Shown: positions 38,766 to 53,794, numbered from the stretch's first letter. The stretch: DNA of 64,000 nt from Candidatus Latescibacterota bacterium (GCA_965203175.1 OZ241867.1:256001-320000), one strand, 5' to 3'. The notes: a model not told the origin generated them from the sequence alone. A program made the numbers and translations.

Positions 38766-39787
38766 AGAAGCTCCAATTGCTCGCCGGGGCTTGGCGGTGG
38801 CTCGAAGCCGAGGCGCTCCCAAGCTCGCGGCATGGCGACGCGGCCCTTGGGGGTGCGCTTAATAAACCCTTCTTTGATCAAATAAGGCTCGACCACTTCC
38901 TCGATTGTCTCGGCCTCCTCGCCGATTGTAGCCGCTATATTACTCAGGCCGACCGGGCCGCCGTTGAATTTTTCAATAATGGCCCGCAGCAACGTGATAT
39001 CCATCTTATCGAGCCCCATCTCGTCGACATCTTGGATGACGAGTGCCTTTTGCACCACCTCGGCATCGATCTCGCCTTCGCCTTCCACTTGGGCAAAATC
39101 GCGCGCTCGGCGCAGCCAGCGCTTGGCAATCCGCGCCGTACCGCGGGAGCGACGGGCAATTTCCATCGCGCCTGACTCTGAGACCGACAAACTGAGCAGA
39201 CGAGCGTCGCGCTTGACGATCGCAGCGAGTTCGGCGACCGAGTAGTAGTCGAGGTGGGCATTGAGCCCAAAGCGAGCGCGCATCGGCGAAGTCAACAGGC
39301 CTTGGCGCGTCGTGGCCCCGATTAAGGTAAAAGGTTCCAGTGGTACGCTGACGGAGCGGGCCGCCGGGCCTTGGTCGATGATGATGTCAATTTTGAAGTC
39401 CTCCATCGCCGAGTACAGGTATTCCTCGACCACCCGATTGACGCGGTGAATCTCGTCGATGAAGAGTACGTCGCGTGGCTCCATGGTCGTGAGCATGCCG
39501 GCCAAGTCGCTCGGACGCTCGAGCAAAGGCCCTGAAGTGGGATAGATTTCAACGTCTAGCTCTTTGGCGATCACGTACGAAAGCGTCGTCTTGCCCAGAC
39601 CGGGCGGACCGTACAGCAGCACGTGATCCATGGCTTCGCCGCGCTGCCGAGCGGCTTCAATGGCAATGCCGAGTTGTTGCTTGGTCTTTTCTTGGCCCAG
39701 CATCTCGGCAAGGGACTGAGGACGCAGCGTATTGTCGAACTGAAGGTCGTCGTCTCCGCCACTAGGATCTGTGGGGCGATGGTCCAT
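38762..39787 (-). CDS. ruvB: Holliday junction helicase RuvB
   Basis: GPPGLGKTT, FIDEIHR, GATTR, GGPVG, RTPKGR. Confidence 0.98.
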   Translation of the reverse strand: MDHRPTDPSGGDDDLQFDNTLRPQSLAEMLGQEKTKQQLGIAIEAARQRGEAMDHVLLYGPPGLGKTTLSYVIAKELDVEIYPTSGPLLERPSDLAGMLTTMEPRDVLFIDEIHRVNRVVEEYLYSAMEDFKIDIIIDQGPAARSVSVPLEPFTLIGATTRQGLLTSPMRARFGLNAHLDYYSVAELAAIVKRDARLLSLSVSESGAMEIARRSRGTARIAKRWLRRARDFAQVEGEGEIDAEVVQKALVIQDVDEMGLDKMDITLLRAIIEKFNGGPVGLSNIAATIGEEAETIEEVVEPYLIKEGFIKRTPKGRVAMPRAWERLGFEPPPSPGEQLELL

Positions 39788-39797
39788 AGCCGAGCCT

Positions 39798-40388
39798 TCA
39801 GCGTTCCTTGAGGGCCAGTTTAATTAGCTGTTGCACACTCAGATCAGTGCCGTGCTTTTCGACGGCCTTGCGCACCGCTTGGCGCGCGGCAGGTGCTGCG
39901 TACCCCAACGTCATCAGAGCCTTTGCCGCTTCGTCGGTCGCGCCAGGTTTGGCCTCCGAGGCCGCTTCGCCGGTCGCCGGGGCACTCGCGCGGACTTTGT
40001 CCTTTAGATCGAGTACCAAGCGTTCTGCGGTCTTGCGACCAATGCCCTTGATCGCCGTCAGTTCGGCTATGCGCTCCTCTAAGATGGCCTCCTGTAAATC
40101 GCGCAGGGTCATGCCCGACAGCACGGTCAACGCCGAATGAGGACCGATGCCCGAAACGCCGATCAGCAACTCGAATATCTCCCGCTCTTCCTCATTGGCA
40201 AAGCCGAAAATCTCCATGCGGTCTTCGCGCACGTAGAGATAGGTAGACAAATGGACCGCCTCGGAGGCTGGAGGCAGTTGATCGAAAGTTATCAGGGATA
40301 TGGCCAAGCCATAACCCACGCCTCCGACGTCAACGACGGCATGGGTAGGTGATTTGGACAGGAGTGTTCCGCGCAGATGTGTTATCAC
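39798..40388 (-). CDS. ruvA: Holliday junction branch migration protein RuvA
   Basis: GGVGY, LIGVSGIGP, KGIGRKTAERL; GTG start. Confidence 0.96.
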   Translation of the reverse strand: MITHLRGTLLSKSPTHAVVDVGGVGYGLAISLITFDQLPPASEAVHLSTYLYVREDRMEIFGFANEEEREIFELLIGVSGIGPHSALTVLSGMTLRDLQEAILEERIAELTAIKGIGRKTAERLVLDLKDKVRASAPATGEAASEAKPGATDEAAKALMTLGYAAPAARQAVRKAVEKHGTDLSVQQLIKLALKER

Positions 40389-40396
40389 GGATATAC

Positions 40397-40942
40397 CTAA
40401 CGCCGGACCATGCGGCTGAGCAAGGCCTCTATCTCGGGCTTGCGCTGTCCTCGGCCCTCGCACATAACCCGGCCGGACTGCTGGGTGTGGCATAGCGCGA
40501 TAGCCAAGGCGTCTGATGCATCGAGGGGCTTGGGCCGTTCCTTCAGACCCAAGGTGCGGGCTACCATGAACTGGACCTGCTGCTTGGTCGCTTGGCCATT
40601 TCCGGTCATCGATCTTTTAACCATCGTCGGTGCATAGTGAGCAATGGGCAAGCCGGCTTTGCGCATGGCGATGATCAGGACGCCTCTCGCTTGGCCTAGC
40701 TTGGCCGCCGCTGTGGCGTCCTTGCCGAAGAACGTGGTTTCGATTGCCCCCTCGTCTGGGGCGTATTCGCCGATCAGCCGCGTCATCTCGTCGAACATGT
40801 AAACCAGCCGATCCTCAAACTCATCTTCCCTAGGGCGAATACAGCCACAGGCAACATAGCGGGCCTTGCGCTTGCTGTACTCGACGAAGCCGTAGCCAGT
40901 GCTCGTGCTGCTAGGATCTACCCCAAGAATGAGCAAAGCCAA
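40397..40942 (-). CDS. ruvC: crossover junction endodeoxyribonuclease RuvC
   Basis: ILGVDP, AIE, LGQARG, DASDALAIALCH. Confidence 0.95.
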   Translation of the reverse strand: MALLILGVDPSSTSTGYGFVEYSKRKARYVACGCIRPREDEFEDRLVYMFDEMTRLIGEYAPDEGAIETTFFGKDATAAAKLGQARGVLIIAMRKAGLPIAHYAPTMVKRSMTGNGQATKQQVQFMVARTLGLKERPKPLDASDALAIALCHTQQSGRVMCEGRGQRKPEIEALLSRMVRR

Positions 40943-40948
40943 GACCCA

Positions 40949-41707
40949 CTAGGCCTGAGCCATGAGTTTTTCGAGTTCGTCTTCGCGGAGATCGAAATTG
41001 GAAAAGACCTTCTGTACGTCGTCTAGATCCTCCAATGCTTCGAGGAGGCGGATAATTTTCTCGGCCTCTTCGCCTTGTACTTCGAGAACGTTTTCGCGTT
41101 TGGGCATCCAAGCCAACGTCGCCTGGGCGAAGGCAATGCCGTTGTCCTCTAGGGCCTTTTTAACCGGCTCCAAATCGGTAACCGGGGTCGTTACTTCGTG
41201 GACTTGGTCACCGTCTTGGATGTCCTCGCCTCCTGCATCTACGACCGCCAATAGGAGGTCGTCTTCGGAAACATGGGCCTTGTCCACTTCGATAACACCC
41301 TTGTGTTCAAACATCCAAGCTACCGCCCCGCTCTCTGCTAGGTTGCCGTTGTACTTCGTGAATACATGGCGAATTTCGGAAACCGTGCGGTTGCGGTTGT
41401 CCGATAGGGTCTCGACCATGATGGCCACCCCACCGGGGCCATAACCTTCAAAGAGTCCCTCCTCATATATCGCCCCCGGCTCGTCGCCGGTACCGCGACG
41501 TATGGCGCGCTCAATGGTTGCCGCGGGCATATTGGCCGCTTTGGCATTCTGGACTGCCGTGCGCAGACTCGGGTTATTCGCCTCATCGCCTCCACTGCGG
41601 GCGGCCACTGAAATCTCGCGGATCAACTTAGTAAATATCTTGCCGCGCTTGGCGTCGTTAGCACCTTTTTTGCGCTTGATTGTACTCCATTTGGAGTGGC
41701 CGGACAT
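40949..41707 (-). CDS. yebC: YebC/PmpR family protein
   Basis: MSGHSKWSTIKRKK, EGYGPGGVA, DNRNRT, LDDVQKVFSN. Confidence 0.96.
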   Translation of the reverse strand: MSGHSKWSTIKRKKGANDAKRGKIFTKLIREISVAARSGGDEANNPSLRTAVQNAKAANMPAATIERAIRRGTGDEPGAIYEEGLFEGYGPGGVAIMVETLSDNRNRTVSEIRHVFTKYNGNLAESGAVAWMFEHKGVIEVDKAHVSEDDLLLAVVDAGGEDIQDGDQVHEVTTPVTDLEPVKKALEDNGIAFAQATLAWMPKRENVLEVQGEEAEKIIRLLEALEDLDDVQKVFSNFDLREDELEKLMAQA

Positions 41708-41824
41708 CGGCTTTATCTCCTTGCCAATCCCCACGCGCAATCCCGCTCCTCAAAGCAGAAGCATAGCTCGGGGAAAATCGACTGTTTCTATGACATTATT
41801 AAGATAAAAAAACCCGCGCAATCC

Positions 41825-41865
41825 AAAAAGCGAAGGGCGGCCGACCTTTTTGGCCGACCGCCCTT
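41825..41865 (-). terminator. intrinsic terminator after the EF-G paralog
   Basis: Minus-strand stem AAGGGCGGTCGGCC/GGTCGGCCGCCCTT (G-U wobbles work only on the minus strand), followed by CGCTTTTT. Confidence 0.65.
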
Positions 41866-41887
41866 TACAACGGATGATAGAAGCTGC

Positions 41888-43957
41888 TTACGCCGCTTCT
41901 CTTCCCTTGTTCTTCTCCGCATTCTCGATGATCTTAGCCATGATATCGCCGGGGACATCCTCGTAGCGGTCGAATCGCTGTGCGTGGAATCCCTTGCCCT
42001 GCGTCATTGAGCGCAGCGACGTTGCGTAGCGGTCTATTTCGGCTAAGGGGGCCTCGGCATGGATGACCTGGAAATGACCTGAGGTATCCATACCGCTGAT
42101 TCGACCTCGTCGCGACGAGAGATCACCCATCACGTCGCCCATGAATTCCTCGGGCACCGTAATCTCTAGCTGATAAATAGGTTCTAGCAGCACAGGCTTG
42201 GCCTTGAGGAACGCATCCCTGAAGGCGTGGGAGCCGGCCAACTTAAAAGAAACTTCGTCCGAGTCTACCGGGTGGTGCTTACCGTCGTATACGGTAGCGG
42301 CCACATCAATGACTTGATAACCGGCCACTGGTCCCTCGCCTAGCGTCTCGACGATGCCCTTTTCCACCGCAGGGATGAAGTTGCTCGGGATATTGCCGCC
42401 AACGACCTCGTTGAGAAACTCAAAACCTTCACCGCGCCCCTTGGGGGAAATGCGCAGAAACACTTCGCCAAACTGCCCTCGTCCACCCGACTGCTTCTTG
42501 TGCCGGTACTGCGCATCGGCGTTGCCGCGGATCGTTTCTCGATAAGGAATTCGCGGCACCTCCATATCGATCTCCACGCTAAAGCGCTCTTTAAGGCGGC
42601 TAACGATAGTTTCCAAATGCAACTCACCTTGGGTGAGCAGGATCGTTTGGCGGACTTCGCCGTCGTATTTCAAGATGAAGCTCAAATCTTCCTCGTGCAA
42701 CTGGGAAAGCCCGGTAGCGACGCGATCCTCGCCGCCCTGCTCCTTGGCGTGAATAGCCACGCGAATTAGTGGCTCGGGGAATTCAATGCCCGGCAGTTGT
42801 AGCGACTCACCCTTGGCACAAAGCGTATCGGTCGTATGGGTATCCTTGAGTTTGACTAAGGCGACGATATCGCCAGCCTCGGCACTTTCGACCTCGGTCC
42901 GCCTGTTGCCGTTGAGGTGATAGATCTGACCAATGCGCTCGGTAGTGCGTTTACTTGAGTTGGCCACTTCGTCGCCGGGCTTGATCGCTCCAGAGAAGAG
43001 GCGCAGCAGAGAAAGCTCTCCTACGTGCTGCTCGGCCAAGGTCTTGAACACCAGAGCCGCCAAGGGCGCCGTAGCGGCACCTTCAAGCGCAATCTCCTGT
43101 TCCCCGCCATTCTGGAATCTGAGTCCTGTCGCTTCAACCGGCGACGGCCCGTATTGCACCAAGGCGTCTAGCAACCGATCGATGCCGACATTGTTGTAGG
43201 CATCTCCGAAAAAGACTGGAAAAATTTCGCGTTGCAACACGGCCTGACGCAGACCAGCAACCATATCCTCTGTGGTTAATTCGCCCTCGCTAAAATATTT
43301 CTCCATCAGGTCTTCGTCGGTCTCGGCAATGGATTCTACCAGTTGCTCGCGCAACTCTTCAGCACGGCTCTGGACCTCGTCAGGTATGTCTCTTTCTGTG
43401 GCTTTACCATCCTGGTACGCATAAGCTCTCATGGCAACTAAATCGACAATATGGTTGAATCCCTCGCCAGGATTTACCGCCATTTGCAAAGGCACGACTT
43501 GGCGCCCGAAACGCTCTTGAACCATCTCTAAGACTTGGTCGGCGTCTGTATCGGCACGATCCATCTTGTTGATGAATAGTATCCGGGGCAAGTTGTAATC
43601 GGCAGCGAAATTCCAAGTTCGCTCAGTGCCGATCTCTACTCCGGTAACCGAATCGAGAACAGCGACTGCCGCGTCGGACACGCGTAGCGCCGCCTTGGCC
43701 TCGGAGATAAAGTCTGCGTAGCCTGGCGTATCGATTATATTGAGGTGGTGATCCTGCCACTGGCCATTTAGCAAAGAGACCTTGAGCGAAATCTGGCGCT
43801 CAATCTCAGCCGAATCGCAATCCGATGTCGTCGTCCCGTCATCAATGCGTCCCAAGCGGTTTACGACACCCATGTTGAATAACATGGCCTCCGACAGCGC
43901 TGTTTTACCCGCGCCGCTATGGCCACACAGCGAAAAATTTCTCGTTTGTTCGCTCAA
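41888..43957 (-). CDS. fusA: elongation factor G paralog (EF-G2 type)
   Basis: GHSGAGKT, DTPGY, NKMD, KKQSGGRGQFG, DGKHHPVDS; stand-alone outside the str operon; TTG start with AGGAGG. Confidence 0.92.
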   Translation of the reverse strand: MSEQTRNFSLCGHSGAGKTALSEAMLFNMGVVNRLGRIDDGTTTSDCDSAEIERQISLKVSLLNGQWQDHHLNIIDTPGYADFISEAKAALRVSDAAVAVLDSVTGVEIGTERTWNFAADYNLPRILFINKMDRADTDADQVLEMVQERFGRQVVPLQMAVNPGEGFNHIVDLVAMRAYAYQDGKATERDIPDEVQSRAEELREQLVESIAETDEDLMEKYFSEGELTTEDMVAGLRQAVLQREIFPVFFGDAYNNVGIDRLLDALVQYGPSPVEATGLRFQNGGEQEIALEGAATAPLAALVFKTLAEQHVGELSLLRLFSGAIKPGDEVANSSKRTTERIGQIYHLNGNRRTEVESAEAGDIVALVKLKDTHTTDTLCAKGESLQLPGIEFPEPLIRVAIHAKEQGGEDRVATGLSQLHEEDLSFILKYDGEVRQTILLTQGELHLETIVSRLKERFSVEIDMEVPRIPYRETIRGNADAQYRHKKQSGGRGQFGEVFLRISPKGRGEGFEFLNEVVGGNIPSNFIPAVEKGIVETLGEGPVAGYQVIDVAATVYDGKHHPVDSDEVSFKLAGSHAFRDAFLKAKPVLLEPIYQLEITVPEEFMGDVMGDLSSRRGRISGMDTSGHFQVIHAEAPLAEIDRYATSLRSMTQGKGFHAQRFDRYEDVPGDIMAKIIENAEKNKGREAA

Positions 43958-44035
43958 TTTGCCTCCTCCTGAATTAAGAGAAGTGCTTAATTAATTGGCC
44001 TACCTTGGCGTTGTCAAGGTATTTTCCACAGAGAC

Positions 44036-44071
44036 AAAAAAAGCCCACCCCAAAAGGGATGGGCTTAAAAA
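44036..44071 (-). terminator. rRNA operon terminator
   Basis: AAGCCCA(T)CCC stem-loop followed by a T-tract on the minus strand, right after 5S. Confidence 0.8.
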
Positions 44072-44188
44072 ATCCGGCGGCGTCCTACTCTCCCACTAGG
44101 CGACCCCAGCAGTACCATCGGCGCAAGAGGGCTTAACGGCTCTGTTCGGAATGGGAAGAGGTGTTTCCCCTCCGCTATGGCCACCGGA
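44072..44188 (-). rRNA. rrf: 5S rRNA
   Basis: CCCATTCCGAAC...GCCGATGGTACT...GGGAGAGTAGG; paired ends. Confidence 0.96.
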
Positions 44189-44267
44189 AAACTCAAATTC
44201 TCTTCAACAACCGAATACAGGCCCACACCAAAAGCGATGCAAAACTCCAGCATTGCTACGACAGTAA

Positions 44268-47292
<3,025 letters not shown>

Positions 47293-47431
47293 AAAATCAC
47301 TGTCACAACACTACTAGAGGTAATGCATCGCGGTGTCTCGAGTAGTAAGCACATAACGCGCTTCCACTCGGTAAACCTTAGATTTTACTGATGTGAACCT
47401 GTATTCGATTGTCAAAGAGCAAAAGCCTGAA

Positions 47432-47508
<77 letters not shown>

Positions 47509-47597
47509 GAAAATCGAATAACGCACATGAGGACAGGTCGAAGAGTAAAACATTGACCTAGGCGGATAATGTCAGGAGTCTAAAACTCCCGATAATC

Positions 47598-49161
<1,564 letters not shown>

Positions 49162-49230
49162 AAAAATTTGATGTACTACTTTTTGTAAATCCAAGCTCTT
49201 CGACGCTGGACCCTCATGTACGTTATTCGA

Positions 49231-49302
49231 TTTTCAAAGATCAATCTCGCTCAGGTATCGAGCGTAACATTGGAAAATAAGATTTGACTCCTGCTCTGTC
49301 AA
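49231..49302 (-). promoter_or_regulatory. rRNA promoter and boxA antitermination site
   Basis: TTGACA(49302-49297)-N17-TATTTT(49279-49274) and GATCTTTGAAAA boxA. A second boxA-like GCTCTTTGACAA lies near 47409-47420. Leader ~49213-49233 can pair with spacer ~47511-47531 (processing stem). Confidence 0.75.
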
Positions 49303-49357
49303 GAGTGAGAGCACAAAATAGCGGGCCCAAAGACAGAACCGACACAACGCTCCTACA

Positions 49358-50596
49358 TCAACCCCAGCTAGCGGCCCCTTTCAATTCGCCCTGTCTTTCT
49401 ACTGCAATGCGCTCAAAGTAGCCACTGCGGCGATAAGCACCTAGGGGATCGGCTTCGGCTCCCAGTTCTTGGCGCACAATCGCCAGCAAGGACCGCACAT
49501 CAGTGTCATAGGCATTGCGCAAGATTTCTTCGCATGCCACTGCGTCGTCCTCCGCCTGGGCCTCAGCTAGCGCCGTGCGGTCAACCAGCAAGGCGCGGGC
49601 ATAGGCCGTCTGGATATTGAGCACCGACTGGATCATCGCCTCGACTTTGGGCTTGATAATATGGCTTTGGTCGATCATGTAGGCGACATTAGCCGCTGCA
49701 GCACCGCGCCGCGCCGCGTTGAGGATCTCGTGGTAAATCAGGAAGACTTCGTAGAGGTTGACTGACCCGGTCGTCACATCGTCATCGGCGTATTTGCGGT
49801 TGTTGAAGTGAAAACCTCCCATGCGTCCCTCGTCGAGGAGTAAGGCCACGAGGTGCTCAATATTGGTGGAGAGAGGATGGTGTCCTAGATCGACCAGCAC
49901 TTCGGCCTTTGGCCCCGCCTTAATAGCGAAATTTAGCGCCATACCCCAATCGGCAATGTCAGTATGGTAAAAAGCCGGCTCGAAGAATTTGTATTCAATG
50001 AGCATCCGCGTCCCTTCGGGCAGCATTGCGTGAGTCTCACTCAGACATTCTTCAAACCGCCACTTGCGCTCGATGATATCGTCTTGGCCTGGGTAGTTCG
50101 TACCGTCGGCAAACCAAAGGCTCAGCACTGTGGATCCTGTCTGCTGCATGATATCCACGCACTCGTACATGTGATCGAGCGCTTTGCGACGCACCACCGG
50201 GTCCCGATGGCCGAAACTGCCCAACTTGTATTCAGGCTCTTGGAAGACATTGGGGTTGATTGCCCCAATGCACACGCCCAATTCCGTCGCTTCTTGCCCC
50301 AGAGCGTCATAGTCATCCACTTTATCCCAAGGAATGTGCAAAGCCACACCGGGACAGACACCCGTCACCTTGTGCACCTGAGCCGCGTCGGAAAGCCGCT
50401 CATGGACATCGCGAGCGGCACCGGGCTGTTTGAATACGCCAAAGCGCGTCCCAGAATTGCCATATCCCCAAGAGGGCGTCTCGATCTCCTGGGCTTTGAG
50501 CTTGGCTTTGACTTCTTCGACTTCGATGCCTCGGCCAGAGAGCATTTCGGCTAAAGCTGCGAATTGGCCCTCTATATCGTACGCTGGAATTCCCAT
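49358..50596 (-). CDS. rhaI: L-rhamnose isomerase (RhaI type) / sugar isomerase
   Basis: ETPSWGYGNSGTRF, HIPWD, DGTNYPGQ, EYKFFEPAFYHTD, VDLGHH, YADDD. Confidence 0.88.
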   Translation of the reverse strand: MGIPAYDIEGQFAALAEMLSGRGIEVEEVKAKLKAQEIETPSWGYGNSGTRFGVFKQPGAARDVHERLSDAAQVHKVTGVCPGVALHIPWDKVDDYDALGQEATELGVCIGAINPNVFQEPEYKLGSFGHRDPVVRRKALDHMYECVDIMQQTGSTVLSLWFADGTNYPGQDDIIERKWRFEECLSETHAMLPEGTRMLIEYKFFEPAFYHTDIADWGMALNFAIKAGPKAEVLVDLGHHPLSTNIEHLVALLLDEGRMGGFHFNNRKYADDDVTTGSVNLYEVFLIYHEILNAARRGAAAANVAYMIDQSHIIKPKVEAMIQSVLNIQTAYARALLVDRTALAEAQAEDDAVACEEILRNAYDTDVRSLLAIVRQELGAEADPLGAYRRSGYFERIAVERQGELKGAASWG

Positions 50597-50664
50597 TCCG
50601 CCTCTCCTTTGATTATCAGGCCTAGTACATCAAATCCAGTAGGTCGAATCGATAGCTACCACAC

Positions 50665-51627
50665 TTAGGCGTTCTGCAGAATTTGTAGCTGGAGTTCGAG
50701 GTTGCGCAACCCGACTTCGCCGGATACGAGCGGCGTTAGTTTGGGCTGTATTGCCGCCTCGGCAAACCGGGCGATGAGCAGCGACATAAAATCATCGCCG
50801 ATTAGCTCTGATTCATCCGTGCTGAGCACCGAACAATAGGTCCCGTCGGGCGCAGACCGCCCCGTGCAATCGACCAAAAAGCCATTGACGCCGAATCGCC
50901 GCAGGGGTTGGCCCTCGTGCAGATCGCGAACGATGATTTCGCAACGACAACTTCCCGACGAGTCGGCAAAACTGAAACAGGCCCGCACTTCCCCACTCCC
51001 GGACACCACCTGCAACGACTCAGGCTCAATAATCCCGTCGGGTATCCAAGCCAAAAGCATGCTCAAAGGATGAGGCGCCATATCGATCCACACCTCCTCG
51101 GCGCTGCGGCGACGCCCCCGCGCCAAGGTCTCCATTTCCGCGTAAAAAGATTCCACGGTAGCGAGCGCTCCACGGGTCTCTTCATATAGCTGCCGGTAGT
51201 AGGGTAGCGAAGCAGCGTATTGAGTACAGACCCCCAGGTGCAGATCGGTTTGCTGCGCCAAATCAACCAAGGCTCGCGCTTGCATCAGCGTCTGCTCCGC
51301 TCCATCCGAATGCCAGACTAAGGGCTTTTCGCAGAGGACGTGACAACCCCGTTCAAGAGCGTATTTGACACAGTCGAAATGGGCTTCGTTCGGCAGACAG
51401 ACGTCGACCACATTGGGAACTTCTTCGATCAGCAATCGGTCCAAGTCCCAATAGCCTTGGCCCGAAAAGGGAAAAATATCGCGTAGAACGCGCTCTGTAG
51501 CAGCGGCACTTTCCCGACTGCGGCCCAAAAAACCAACGACTTGCGCACCGGCGCGGTCGAACCACTTGGCGTGATGCTTGCCGATGCCGCTGGCACCGGC
51601 GATGGCGACGCGCAGGGCCCTTTCCAT
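50665..51627 (-). CDS. Gfo/Idh/MocA family oxidoreductase
   Basis: GASGIGKHH, CLPNEAH, HVLCEKPL, DMAPH; GGAGG SD. Confidence 0.85.
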   Translation of the reverse strand: MERALRVAIAGASGIGKHHAKWFDRAGAQVVGFLGRSRESAAATERVLRDIFPFSGQGYWDLDRLLIEEVPNVVDVCLPNEAHFDCVKYALERGCHVLCEKPLVWHSDGAEQTLMQARALVDLAQQTDLHLGVCTQYAASLPYYRQLYEETRGALATVESFYAEMETLARGRRRSAEEVWIDMAPHPLSMLLAWIPDGIIEPESLQVVSGSGEVRACFSFADSSGSCRCEIIVRDLHEGQPLRRFGVNGFLVDCTGRSAPDGTYCSVLSTDESELIGDDFMSLLIARFAEAAIQPKLTPLVSGEVGLRNLELQLQILQNA

Positions 51628-51641
51628 TTTTCCTCCAATAC

Positions 51642-51672
51642 AAAAAGAGCCGACAGCCAATCTGTCGGCTCT
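51642..51672 (-). terminator. intrinsic terminator after the small basic ORF
   Basis: Perfect 11-bp stem AGAGCCGACAG/CTGTCGGCTCT followed by a T-tract on the minus strand. Confidence 0.75.
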
Positions 51673-51710
51673 CCTAAGCAAAGGCCAGTGGCCTCTATCT
51701 TTAAGCCTAT

Positions 51711-51827
51711 CTACTTCTTTCGCGGTGACAGCTTGGCCTCCTGAGCGCGTTGCTTCAAGCGCTTTTTGCGCCGCTGTCGCCGACTCCTCAATTCTTTATC
51801 CCTCATTCTGCCTTTACTCGAACCCAT
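51711..51827 (-). CDS. 38-aa highly basic small protein (not in the ORF track)
   Basis: AGGAGG SD, ATG, MGSSKGRMRDKELRSRRQRRKKRLKQRAQEAKLSPRKK*, followed by a terminator. Confidence 0.75.
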   Translation of the reverse strand: MGSSKGRMRDKELRSRRQRRKKRLKQRAQEAKLSPRKK

Positions 51828-51889
51828 CTGTATATCCTCCTAAAAATAAGAAGCAGTTGTCGGCAATATATCCGGCGGTACCACTGAGG

Positions 51890-52813
51890 TCAAGCGAGGA
51901 TCATCCGCAAAAGAGCCATGCGCACGTAAAGCCCGTTATGGGCTTGGCGAAAATAGGCCGCCCGCGGATCCGCATCCACTTCCGGGTCAATCTCGTCGAC
52001 GCGCGGCAACGGGTGCATGACAACAGCGTGTTCCTGCATGCAGTCCATCACTGAGTGATCGACAATGTACTTGCCCCGCGCCTGCTCGTATTCCCCTGTG
52101 CGGTCGCCAAAGCGCTCCTTTTGGATGCGCGTCTGATAGACGACATCAGCCTGCCTCGCCACTTCATGTAGGTCGTCCACTTCCTCGAAAAGGACCTGGT
52201 GCCGCTGCAAATACTCCTTTATGTCGTCCTTCATCCTCACTATCTCAGGCGCGACGAAGGACATCTTAACACCCTCGTATTTGGCCAACAGATAGCACAG
52301 CGAACGAACTGTCCGTCCATTGGCCAGATCCCCCACCAAAGCAATTGTAATTTTTTTGAGGCGTCCGATCTCGCGCTGGATAGTAAAGAGGTCCAACAAG
52401 GCTTGGGTCGGGTGCTGTCCGGCTCCGTCACCGGCGTTGATCACCGGGACGCCGGCGACAGCAGCAGCTCGGTTGCTAGCCCCGCTTTCGTAGTGGCGCA
52501 ATACGATCACGTCCGAGTACCCGGCGACGACGCGAATGGTATCCTCGAGGGTTTCTCCCTTGGCCGCCGAAGAGAACTCCTGGGCGCTCTCGGTTGTAAT
52601 GACGGCCCCGCCCAACCGCGTCATCGCCGATTCAAAGGACAGCCGCGTGCGCGTACTAGGCTCGTAGAACAGCGTCGCCATGACCCGGCGATTGAGGATA
52701 TTGGACCCGTAGTGCTGAACTACTTGCTCCATCTCTTGGGCCGTGGAGAAAATGTCATCTATCAAGTCTATATCGAATTGCTGCGCTTCGAGAACGTGAT
52801 AAAGGCGATCCAT
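51890..52813 (-). CDS. pyrB: aspartate carbamoyltransferase catalytic subunit
   Basis: FYEPSTRTRLSF, KGETLEDT, HPTQALLD, QTRIQKER, MHPLPR. Confidence 0.97.
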   Translation of the reverse strand: MDRLYHVLEAQQFDIDLIDDIFSTAQEMEQVVQHYGSNILNRRVMATLFYEPSTRTRLSFESAMTRLGGAVITTESAQEFSSAAKGETLEDTIRVVAGYSDVIVLRHYESGASNRAAAVAGVPVINAGDGAGQHPTQALLDLFTIQREIGRLKKITIALVGDLANGRTVRSLCYLLAKYEGVKMSFVAPEIVRMKDDIKEYLQRHQVLFEEVDDLHEVARQADVVYQTRIQKERFGDRTGEYEQARGKYIVDHSVMDCMQEHAVVMHPLPRVDEIDPEVDADPRAAYFRQAHNGLYVRMALLRMILA

Positions 52814-52823
52814 CAGATGCTCC

Positions 52824-53261
52824 TCAACGGCCTTCCCGCTCCCCCAATACCGCCATAATCTCCGCCTCTGCTGCCACTTCCTCCCCCACAAGTGCTCGCC
52901 CTTGTAACTTACAGGACCCGCCCCGCTTCCTAAGTACCGTTAACTCCAGTCGCAACTGGTCCCCCGGCACGACCGGGCGGCGAAATTTGCAGCGATCAAT
53001 CCCGGCGAAAAAAGGCACCTTGGATTCGGGATTTTCCACGCCGCTCAGCATCATTGCGCAACCCGCTTGCGCCAGAGCCTCGACGATCAGCACCCCGGGC
53101 ATGACCGGATAACCGGGAAAATGACCTTGAAAAAACGATTCGTTGGCCGTCACATTCTTCAAGGCCACGACGCGTTCTCCAGGTTCCAATTCGAGGATGC
53201 GGTCAATGAGCAACAGCGGATAGCGGTGCGGCAACAGCTCGATAATTTCTGTTAAATTCAC
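52824..53261 (-). CDS. fabZ: 3-hydroxyacyl-ACP dehydratase
   Basis: [29 protein letters not shown]. Confidence 0.96.
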   Translation of the reverse strand: MNLTEIIELLPHRYPLLLIDRILELEPGERVVALKNVTANESFFQGHFPGYPVMPGVLIVEALAQAGCAMMLSGVENPESKVPFFAGIDRCKFRRPVVPGDQLRLELTVLRKRGGSCKLQGRALVGEEVAAEAEIMAVLGEREGR

Positions 53262-53794
53262 TCCTGCGCCTCTTCTTTTTCCTTCTCCATCAGTTCCAGC
53301 AGCGACTCGGTCAGATCGTATTCCTCCTTGGCGAAAACCAGCCCACTTGAAGGCGTGGCGGCGTCGAAAATAAAATCGTAGCCTTCTTCCTCGGCCATGC
53401 CCTGAATGGCATCGTTGATCTTTTTGAAGATCGGCTCCATAAGCTCGATATTCTTACGCACCAGCTCGCCTTCGGGACCAAATTTCTCCTGGGTAAACTG
53501 CTGCAATTGCTGAACTTTCGCCTCAAATTCGGCCTGCATTTCCGCCTTGCGGGCCTCGCTCATCAGCAATTCCTGCCGCTGAAAATCATCCTCTATTTTT
53601 TTTAACTTGGTCTGGCGGTCCATGGCCTCTCTTTCGTAATCCTGCTGTAGCTGTTCCAACGTACGCTGCACATCCAGGATCTCGGGCAGGCGCTCTTTGA
53701 GCACTTCTGAATCGATATAGCCTATTTTTAGCTGAGCCGAGGCACTTGTGGCGCAACAGGCTACGACGAGGGCGAACAATAGGGCGCGTCTCAT
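53258..53794 (-). CDS. skp: OmpH/Skp periplasmic chaperone
   Basis: Signal peptide, KIGYID, coiled coil, GYDFIFD...DLT. Confidence 0.92.
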   Translation of the reverse strand: MRRALLFALVVACCATSASAQLKIGYIDSEVLKERLPEILDVQRTLEQLQQDYEREAMDRQTKLKKIEDDFQRQELLMSEARKAEMQAEFEAKVQQLQQFTQEKFGPEGELVRKNIELMEPIFKKINDAIQGMAEEEGYDFIFDAATPSSGLVFAKEEYDLTESLLELMEKEKEEAQE

